DNA of 64,000 bases. Source: Camelus ferus (lineage: Eukaryota). Where the stretch lies: assembly GCF_009834535.1 (NCBI RefSeq), contig NC_045705.1:64790001-64854000 (forward strand). Reading direction: 5' to 3'. The notes under the pieces were generated by a model that did not search any database, was not told where the DNA came from, and saw only the letters and a program-made list of their open reading frames with translations. The position numbers were made by a program, and so were the translations under genes. Numbering within the stretch: position 1 is the first letter of the stretch; every line of letters begins with the position of its first letter. Below, one piece after another: positions 1 to 20,430 of the stretch.

Positions 1-229
1 TCTGCATATGGGGACTCTGTCTCTGGAGGGTGTTGATCGAGGCTGTGGACCAGCTGGCTTGTAAAGGGAGCCTCTCAGCAGCTAAGAAGATATGAGCATT
101 AGAGACAATGGCGCCTGGACAAGCCAGCCGTGGGGGCAGCACTGGAGAGGAATCCATGGACCAAGCCTGAGTCGGCATCACCATGAGCAGAAAAGAGAGC
201 ACAGGGAAAGCCCTTGGGGGTGACCATTC

Positions 230-835
230 TGGTTATCTGTTGCTGCGTTAACAAATTAGTACCTTAAACTACCTTGTCTGAATGGCTGAAAACAGTTAAT
301 AACTTATGATTTGGCAGGTCAGGAATTTGGTCAGTGCTCAGCTAGGTGACTCTTCTGCTCCATGTGGCCTCAATTAGGGTCACTCAGTGACATTCAGCAG
401 GAGACTAGGCTGGGCTGGACGGTCCAAGACGGAGTCCCTCCTGGGCTGAGAAGGCTGCACAGCCAGGGGTCTCCAGGTGGCTAGCGTGGGCTTCCTCACA
501 CCATAGTGGCCTCGGGCAGACAGACTTCTTATGTGGCAGCACAGGGATCCAAGAGTGAATGTCCCAAAAGACAGGAGGGGAAGCTGCCAGTTTTATAAGG
601 CTTGGAAACTGGCCTAGTACCACTTCCACTGTATTCTATTGGCCAAAGGAGTTCCAGAGCCCATCAAGTTCAAGGGGAGAGAGGATACAGACCCCTCACC
701 TTTCAATGGGCACCGTCTTTCACATCTCACCTTGCCCCCAGATGGCCTTCTCTTGGTATTGGGTGCATATTACGTGCTGTGGTCAATTCAAATCTGCTTG
801 TTATGTAGCAGGTTTCACCCTTAAGCCTCAACCGA
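230..835. mobile_element. MaLR LTR remnant (MLT1-like)
   Basis: TATCTGTTGCTGCGTTAACAAATTA...GGTCAGGAATTTGG...CTCAGCTAGGTG... pattern typical of old MLT1 LTRs; subfamily not assignable by eye. Confidence 0.55.
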
Positions 836-875
836 GCTCAGGTGTGCCAGAAATACATTTTACATTTCCTCAGAT

Positions 876-1067
876 CAGGGTTTTCCAGCCTGTTCTACTT
901 ACATTTGGGGCCAAGTAATTGTGGGGAGCTGTCCTGTGCATTGCAGAATGTTCAGCAGCATTGCTGGCCTCTGTGGCACATGCAGCCCCAAGTTGTGACA
1001 GCCAAAAATGTCTCGACACAGCCACATATCCCCTTGGGGCAAAATCACCCCTGGTTGAGACCCACTG
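876..1067 (-). mobile_element. MER20-like hAT-Charlie DNA transposon remnant
   Basis: Termini CAGGGTTTTCC... and ...GGTTGAGACCCACTG, internal GGGGCAAAATCACCCC and GTTGTGACAGCCAAAAATGTCTC resemble MER20 as recalled. Confidence 0.75.
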
Positions 1068-1539
1068 GCTTGGGATCAACTCATTATGACTCCCAGTCCT
1101 CATCATACCCAGCTGTCAAGTTTTATCCCAGATACAACTGGAGCCCCTTCTCTGTCCAGGTCCTAAACTGGGGAAGAGTGCACAGTGCCCTAAACCTTGG
1201 GAGAGGGCTAACCCACTGTCTGTCCTGGGGGCCATCCATGTTATCACTGCTCACCTGAACATAGCAGTGCTTCTCCATCCCCAACACCAACCAGCATCTC
1301 TCATAGGATATGCCCTGGGAACCCCAGCTGGGCCTGGCCACATACCAGCTCAGGGAGCCAACACTCCTTTCCCCTTCCCAAAGCCAGGAGATGGCTGGGG
1401 ACTTGCAGAGAGGTCCACATCCAGCTGATAAAATTTGCTGATTAAACTGGATGTGTTTGTGAAAGACAGGAGTCAGGATGCCTCCAAAGTTATCAGCCTG
1501 AACCAATCCAAGAATAGGGAGGTCCCTGGTGAGAGGGAA

Positions 1540-4500
1540 GTCAAAGGAGGAACAGCTTCACAGGGGAAAATATTGGGAGCTCTTTTTTTGAACACGTTGG
1601 GAAGTTCATTTGCCATCCCAGTGGAGACATCAAGGAGACAGCTGGGGAGACAAGTTTGGAACTTGGGAGCGAGTTCTGAGCTGAAGACAGCAAGGCGGGA
1701 GTCGTCCGAGATGGTATTTATAGCCACGAGACTGGCTGACATCACCCCAGGAGGGCATGTGGATGGCGAGGTCCTGGACTGGGCTCTGGGGCTGTCTGAT
1801 GAATAATCATCGGATCATAATTACCATCGTTTTGTTCTTTGAAGTATCTGGAGCAGTTCCTGGCTCTGTGGAGTTCACTGAATTGAGCAGAACTCTGTAG
1901 CACTTTATCTTCCCCCATGCTTTCCCTGCTGATCAGGACTCAGATTCTATGTTAGCGAGTAGCTGAAAGTTGGAATCATTCAGTTAAGTGGGAAATGAAA
2001 ATATTCTGGAGGAATTTCTCAGAACCCGAAATGGAACTTCACTCTCACTTGCAGAAGGAAACTCAGATTGCCTTAAATTCCAACTCCAATAGTGGAAGTT
2101 CTAAAAACAAAAATTTCATGTTCTACAGACCTCAGAATTCTGAGCTGCAACCTCTCTCCAACCTCTACTCCTCACTCCCATGCCAAGCTTCCTGAGCTCC
2201 AGCTGTTTCCCTTTTTTCTGATACTGGGAGCACTTTGCAACTGGGAATTTGCTCTGCAGAGAATCTGGTTGCACACGGTGACCCCTACAGTCTCTCCTCG
2301 CTGCAGAAGCTACGGCCTCAGAATTGACTCCAAATGCAGCCCTCGCCATTTTACTCTCCACCTGGAGAGCAGCGGCACCGAAATAGCAGCGTGAATCACT
2401 CTGGAAGCGTCAGGCAAAGCATCGCCACCGGCCAGGACGTCTGATGGGGGGGACCTTCTGCTTGCATACCAGGGACCTGAGGAAGGGGACACTCGCCAGC
2501 CCACCTGCATCACTGCCTTCTGTACCCCCTTGGGAGGGCTCTGAATTCATTAAGATTTGGAGAAGCCTGAGTTGGTGGAAACTGTGCAAAGAGTTAACAT
2601 TTCTGAACGTTAAGAAGTGGCTTTACTATGACTCCGAATGAGCTTAAGCCTCAGGGTCCTTCATTTGTCCCCGTTTTAAAGCTCCACATCTCATGTTTTT
2701 TAAATTTATATTTTTCTTTTCTCAGACAGAGCTCTCAAATTTCTATGTTTCAGGTCTGCCAAGACTTGAATGTAGGTTATTTTGTTTAATCCTTGGCATG
2801 ACCTTCAGAAATCATTGGCCCTTCATCATCTTCATTTACAGACAAGGACACAAAATCCTTCTTTGGGTTTCTTGAAAATTCCAAACTTGTTGCCTCAGGA
2901 CCTTTGCACTTTCTGTTGCCCTGTTTGGAACCCTGTCCCTGGCTGGCTTCTCATAACTCCAAGTCTAAGGGGCCTTCACTAACCACTTACTTCTGGGAGC
3001 TCCTTCCTTCCCAGCCTCCCTGGTAACCCTTTATCCCTTACTTTTTTTTTTTTAATAGCATTCACCACTCAGAATAATCTTCATTTGTGTATTTGTTTTT
3101 ATATGGTACTTATTCTGTCATCAGGCACTGTTCTCAGGGCTTTATAAATCATCAAATCATTCAATCCTTACAACTACTCTGACATTGAAACTTTTTCAGC
3201 GGGAATCTGACACAACATTGTAAAATGATTATAAATCAATAAAAAATGTCAAAAAAAAAAAAAACCTTTTTCATCCACATTTTTAAATGAAAGCAACTGA
3301 AGCACAGAAAGGTTAGGCAGGTTGCTAGAAGTCACACACCTGATGAGGTTAAGTACCATCTGTCTCTCCCAATAGAAGACAAGGTCTACACCTGCAGAAG
3401 CAGCACCTGTGGGCTGCTTTGTTCACTGTTGAGCCCCTGTACCCAGAGTTGTATGCCACACATAGAACTATAAAGAAGATATGTAAGAATTGATAAGACC
3501 AGGTCACACAGAGGGAGGAACAGAAGGAAGCTCGGAGAGAGGTGGGGAGACTATGGAAGGTCTCAGAAGGATGCAAGGCCAGAGATGGAGGAAGAGCTGG
3601 GCCGGGGGCAGCAGTGGGACTGGCAGGCGTATGGCGGTCTGGAGACAGTGCCAAGAAGAAACGAACGCTCTTGCTGACAGAGTTAACTTAGCAGATGAGT
3701 AAGAGGACAAAAGCCTCGGAGTTACCCTCTTCCTTCAAGCTCTGCGTCCAATGCATTAACAGATCCCATCGGCTCCTCCAAAATGCATCAAGAATCAAAC
3801 TTTTGCCACCCATCCTCTGCTCCCACCCTGGCCCACAGCACCATCACAGCTTTCCTGGAGTCCTGCAACAGCCTTCAGAGAGATCCCTCTGCTTTCATCC
3901 TCTTGGTCTATACAGCAGTCAGAGGGATTCTGATAAAACTAAGTCAGATCACTTTTCTGCTTAAAATCTGTCGGTATGTTCCAAAGTGAACACAATGGCC
4001 AGCCATCCTGCAGGATCTGGCCCCTGCTTCCTCTCAGTCCCCTCTCCCACTCCCTCTCCACTCCCGCCATTCTGGCCACCCCAGGGCCTCTGCATTTGCC
4101 TCTGACTGCAAGGCTCTTCCCTAGGTTTTCCATGAATCTCACTCCCTCACTTGCTCAGGTTTTTTCTCAAATATTAGCTTCTTACTGGGATTTGATCTGC
4201 TTCCCCTATTGGAAATGCAACACCTTCCCCCCTTGCCCGATGCTCCATTAATCCTTTCCATGCTTTCTTTTTCTATGCTGCAGATACACTATACAAATCT
4301 TTTTTGTTCTTACTAAAATGAGCATCACAAAAACAGTGGTTTTTGGCACTGTGACTGTTGCTTACTGCATTTCCCCCAGTACCCACAATTACACCTAACA
4401 CATTATAGGGCATTCAATATATTTGCCTACTGCGTGCCAGAAACTGTACAATGCGCTTGGAAGACAAGGATAAGGAAAATAGACACAAAGCTCTTGTGGG

Positions 4501-5000
4501 CCTTACAAAATGTGGTACGGATACCAAAGTTGCTGGTGTAATACGTGATTGGACACATGATGCCGTGAAAGCAAATAACAGGTGGATAGAAATTAGTGAG
4601 CTTATTGGGGGCAGATGGTCAAAGAACGTTTACAGTTCATCTCATCCTGAAAAATCGAAGACGCTATCCTGGCAGAGTTGGTGGAAGGGGGATCCCAGCA
4701 GAGGAAACACCTTGCAGGAAGGCTCAGAGTGAAGAAACCAGCCTAATTCAAGGGATAGACATAGTGTGGCTGGAGTTTGGTGCTGAAGGTGGAGAACAGG
4801 GAAAGAAGAGGTGGGAAAAGGCCTGCCAGATTAGACAGGTCCTGAGCCCCAATCTAAATGCCTCCAAGAGTTTTAAGCAAGGGAGGGGGTTACCAGGCAT
4901 GAAGATCTGCAGTGACCTTGGCTGTAGTGTCGAGGAGGGTCAGACATCTGGGATGGACGAGGACACTGTGGAGACAATCTATTGGCACAGTCAAAACCCT
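1540..5000. mobile_element. Patchwork of ancient L2 and MIR fragments
   Basis: L2-like tracts at about 1560-1800, 3360-3700, 3700-4430 and 4430-5000; MIR-like tract at about 3110-3350; heavily decayed, boundaries approximate. Confidence 0.5.
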
Positions 5001-5843
5001 GGGAAGGGAGGGCATTACTCAGAGGTGGGAAAAAGAGGTCACAGCAGGGCCCAAGACCCTTATCCAAGCTCCCTCCAGAGCCCAGTCATGCGGCTCCTTT
5101 GTTTCGGTAACTACATACTGGTCCAGGACGAAAAATCATTTCTCTCTCACGCTGTAAGCCTTTCACTCCTCTCCGGGTATCTGCCCTGCCTCTCGCAGGA
5201 GGGTTGCGACTTAAGGATAGCCCAGGCGGCTGCCGCCCACCAGCAGGTGGTTAAGCACCTCAGTGAGATCTTTGTCTTCTTCACTCCTTTAGTTCCGAAC
5301 GAAGGCAGCACTCCTTCATTAAGTGCTAAATACTGAACTGCATGAATATGAACGTTCCCATGGCCCTAGGTTACCAAACCCTCCACCCGAGAGGTTCAGA
5401 GAGGGTGTGCGTCTCCACCTAGGGGCCCCGCCAAGGTGAGATCCCGAGCCTGTCCTACCCAAGCCCCAGCGTCTTCACCACCACGCGGGATCTCGGAACA
5501 CCCAGAACCTAATAGCGAGATCCGGGCATGGGCCAGGGAGCTCTCCTGAGGCTGACCTAAACGGTCACTCCTATAAGCTAGGTTGGGAACTCCCGAGCCT
5601 GACGCACGCGCGAAGGAACAGGGCTCTCTGCCGCTGGGGAGATGCGAATCGTCCCGGCCAGAGTCGCCACACAGCGAGGCAGGAAGCGACAAGTGCCCGG
5701 AGCCCATTGCCTCCGGAACCATCGCAGCAGAGGGTGACTGTGGCCTTGGACTCCCATAAACCACGGCTGCGGTGAAACCCCACCCTGCTCTATGAAAGAC
5801 AGCAACTTAAACCTATCAGAGCAAAGTGTCGAAAACTCTCCGC

Positions 5844-6146
5844 CCAATTGACATTTTTTTAAATCTGAAGGCGGTTCCGCCATGGAGTCCATCAGCCCAA
5901 TGGGAAAGGTGGAAATTTCCAGAAAGAACAGGACCAATGGGCGCGGCCAGCTCGGCCACGATTGACGGCCCAAGGGACCAATCCTTGTCGCAGGGGTCCA
6001 CTCCTCTTTCCAATCATAGAGTCCAAGGTGGGCGGGGCTTATTGGGGAGCCCAATCCCGAGGCGTGGAGGAGGCAGGGCCGGGGGAATTACTCTCCGCTG
6101 TCCAATCAGAGAGAAGCAAAGATGATGGGCTAGACTTCAAGCCAAT
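5844..6146 (+). promoter_or_regulatory. STIP1 promoter CCAAT (NF-Y) box array in a CpG island
   Basis: CCAAT at 5844, 5897, 5934, 5978, 6010, 6051, 6102, 6142 and ATTGG at 6041; GC boxes near 6030 and 6203. Confidence 0.85.
5911..5925. promoter_or_regulatory. Heat shock element, perfect 3-unit nGAAnnTTCnnGAAn
   Basis: gGAAatTTCcaGAAa; STIP1 is an established HSF1 target. Confidence 0.8.
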
Positions 6147-6228
6147 AGTAGAAAAGCACAGAAAGCCCCCTAAAGTAGCGCGACCAGTAAGCCGGCGAGG
6201 AAGGGGCGGGATTTGGGGGTCCCGGCAG

Positions 6229-6248
6229 CTTCTAGTAGGTTCCAGAAG
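6229..6248. promoter_or_regulatory. Heat shock element, 4 units with one mismatch, next to the likely STIP1 TSS
   Basis: cTTCtaGTAggTTCcaGAAg, about 65 nt upstream of the ATG. Confidence 0.8.
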
Positions 6249-6312
6249 GCGGCGCGTGCGGTTGGGAACGCGGAGCCGACGGAGTCTATTCAACGGGGTT
6301 CCGGGCCAAGCT

Positions 6313-17681
<11,369 letters not shown>

Positions 17682-18072
17682 TGACTTGCTCATCATCCCC
17701 CTTCCCTTCACCCTCATGTGGAAAGAGGAGCTGGGACCGCGGCAAGCAGCACGAGCAGGAGGGAGAGAAGGGGAGAAAGCTAACAACTTATCTATATATT
17801 TATACAGACCTATGTGGACGATTCAGAGACTTGTACTTGCGTTACTTGTGCAGCCGCTGCCTCTGGGCCTTCCCAGCACACGCATGGTCTCTTCTGCTGC
17901 CCTGAGTTCCATGTCTCCCGCCCCTGCCCCCCAGTCGCTGTCTCAGCTGCTCCCCCATAGTTGGTTTTTTATTTGGGGCGGTGGGCATGTATGGGTAGGG
18001 GAGGGAGGGGGTGTTCTTCCCAACCTCAGGTCCCAACTGTCTTCACATTGTTAACTCCACGTCCTCTCCTCC

Positions 18073-18078
18073 AATAAA
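18073..18078 (+). terminator. STIP1 proximal poly(A) signal
   Basis: AATAAA about 390 nt after the stop, followed by GT-rich GCGTGGTTATACGTTG. Confidence 0.85.
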
Positions 18079-18277
18079 ACAAGCCAGTCAGGCGTGGTTA
18101 TACGTTGCTATGTCCCTGAGTAATTTTTTTGCCAAAAGATTTAAAGTTGTCCTGCAGAGGTCACAGTCTGGATAGGGAGAGGTGTAAATGCACTCCTGGG
18201 AACCAGAGCCTCCTTTACTTCCTAAGGAGTGGGGTGGGGCAGTGTGAGCTTGGCTGGATTCCACAGCCGCACGGAGG

Positions 18278-18296
18278 TGGCCACTAGGTGGTGCTG
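18278..18296 (+). promoter_or_regulatory. CTCF-like site between STIP1 and FERMT3
   Basis: TGGCCACTAGGTGGTGCTG versus consensus TGGCCACYAGRKGGCRCT; one core mismatch. Confidence 0.7.
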
Positions 18297-19284
18297 TCAC
18301 TCAGTGAACACTGAAAGGGAGCCTGGAGGCTCCCGCCCTCCCCGGAGTGGCACCAGCTCCGGAGGTGATTCCCATGCTGTCAGTTCTCCACACTAATCTC
18401 AAAGCCAGAAAAAAACTAGTTAGATCCAGAGAACACTGGATCTCAGCAAACATCGAAAACAATTTCTATTGCAAGAGATTCTCAACCTTCCTTTTGGAAA
18501 GATCGAATCTTCCTGCTAACTGTATGTATAGTTAGTTTTAGTTCTTAACTCACCACTTTCAACCGAGCTTAAAATAGGTTTTAATGACACTTTCCTATGG
18601 TTGCAATAAACTTTCTAAAACCCTTTTGGACTGGGGTCTTCTCAGCTGTAGTAAAACTTCCTCATTTGGTCCCTGAGTGCAGCCTTTGGGCTAGGAAGTT
18701 GCTGAGGCCAGCAGTTGGCTGTACTTCCTGCCACCTTGACTTTGCATAAGCTGGCCTTCCCCTGGGAACCCCCAGGCAGGCCTCCTCCCTGGCCTGGGTG
18801 GCCCAGTTAGAAAACCTGGCCTCCACAGGGATTCTGCTGCACCTTTGGTGCTACCATCTCTTCAGGCTTTGTTCCATCCATCCCCAAACTGACTGTCTAG
18901 GAAGGCTGAATTTCTCCTGGGAACCAGTGGTGAATATAAGGCCTTTCTCTCCTGAAGTTTACATCTCGATGCAGGTGATGGACAGGAAGATGTTGGGCCA
19001 CCAGATGCCCTCCAAGTCACACTTGTGAGTCACATTTGCATAGGAACTTAACAGGAGTGAGCCTCGTAGGCACTGGCCTGGGGAGGTGGAGGGACAGCGT
19101 GGCAGTGGCAAGTCTTGAAGAGACCTGAAGGCACAGAGCAGGCAGGTTGTGAAACATCAAGGGCCAATTTCTGTGCCACTGTTACCCTGGCAGCTCTAAG
19201 CTTGACAAGTTTGGAAATAGAAGCCTTATTATTAGGGACAGAAAAGACTTAAGAAAGTTGTTTCCCTCTGGGCCTTCAAGGACC

Positions 19285-19840
19285 TCTTTGTGGTAATAAA
19301 GGACATTCTGGGCTTGAGCTGACTTGACCTGCTGAGATCGTAAATAACCCAGATCTGATCCTTTCAATTCCACTGCACTCCCTCTTGGCCCCCGATGATG
19401 CTTGCCACCTGAAGAGCCCCCCACCTCTGGACAGGTTGTAGATGGGAGATGGTTTCCTATAAGGGAACACAAATTGGTGGCTAGTTTGAATCGGGCTTCC
19501 CTCTAAAGGGGGGACACATTTTGTGGTCTTGGGTCCACAAGACCCACTTACCTCTGTGCTCACTGGGAGCAGAGGCAGGGCCCCACTGGAACCCTCGCTG
19601 CTGCTACCCTGCCGCCCTACCAGAAGTTGCTTCCTGCACCCAGCTCCAGCCCGCCCTGGGGAGGGGCTGAGCCCGCCCTGCTCGTGATAAGGCCTAAGGG
19701 CTGCCCTCTGAAGGAAGCTCCAAAGAGAAAGCGAAGGGGAAGGAAGCACGCAGCGGTCTGCAGGTGTGCAGGCCGAGGCCAGGAGTGGCTGACACCCTGA
19801 TCCCCCACCTGCAGCCCCAGCCCCTCGCAGGCCAGGTAAG
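19285..19840 (+). promoter_or_regulatory. FERMT3 haematopoietic promoter and probable non-coding exon 1
   Basis: RUNX TGTGGT at 19289 and 19522, ETS CTTCCTG at 19630, GATA TGATAA at 19685, AGGAAG at 19712, GAAAGCGAAG-GGGAAGGAAG at 19727-19746, donor CAG|GTAAGC at 19835/19836; exon 2 acceptor at 20417/20418. Confidence 0.65.
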
Positions 19841-20430
19841 CAGGCCAGCAGCTGGAGGCCCAAGGGCCCCTCTCTTCCTTGCCCTCCTGCAGGCCCCCTG
19901 CCCAGCATGCCTCTCTCCGTGCAGCAGCCTGGACTGTCCACTGCCCTGGGGAGACTTTGGCCAGTTTGGGATGATGGAGCTGAGCTTTGGGCCTGATTGG
20001 AACTACTCTCTGACCTGGGTTCACCGCCATTTCCAGGGTGGGCAGCTGCCAGTGTGGGCTTGGGGTGGGCTGTGGGCTGGGCCAGTAGACGGAGGTCGTG
20101 CCCAGCTCTGGGATCAAGCTGTGTGATCTTGAGTGAGCCCCTTCTTACTCTTACCGGGCCTCCATCTTCCCCTCTGTGAGAAGGGAGCCGGCTGGGCAAC
20201 ATGGCCTCCAAGGGTCCCTTCAACTCAACCATCCATGATGGCAACAGGGTCTGAGGTTTGCCTGGAAAAATTCAGCTCCCCATGTCTTGCCGCTGACATG
20301 GCATCCTGGCCTGCGGGCTTGCTCTCTGCCCTTCTGCCTGTCCCAGGCACCCGAGGCAGCCTACCAGGCCCCAGCCTGCCCTCCTAACCACCCTGCCTCT
20401 TGCTACCCTCTCCGCAGAGCTGCCGCAGCC

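Noticed and set aside
1435-1806. 123-aa ORF
   Set aside because: Lies over an L2-like remnant; no gene-like splice or start context.
5240-5250. Partial CTCF-like CCAGCAGGTGG
   Set aside because: Lacks the 3' GC/AC part of the core; too weak to call without ChIP data.
4596-5336. 246-aa ORF upstream of STIP1
   Set aside because: Starts at GTG, overlaps decayed L2-like sequence, no recognisable domain.
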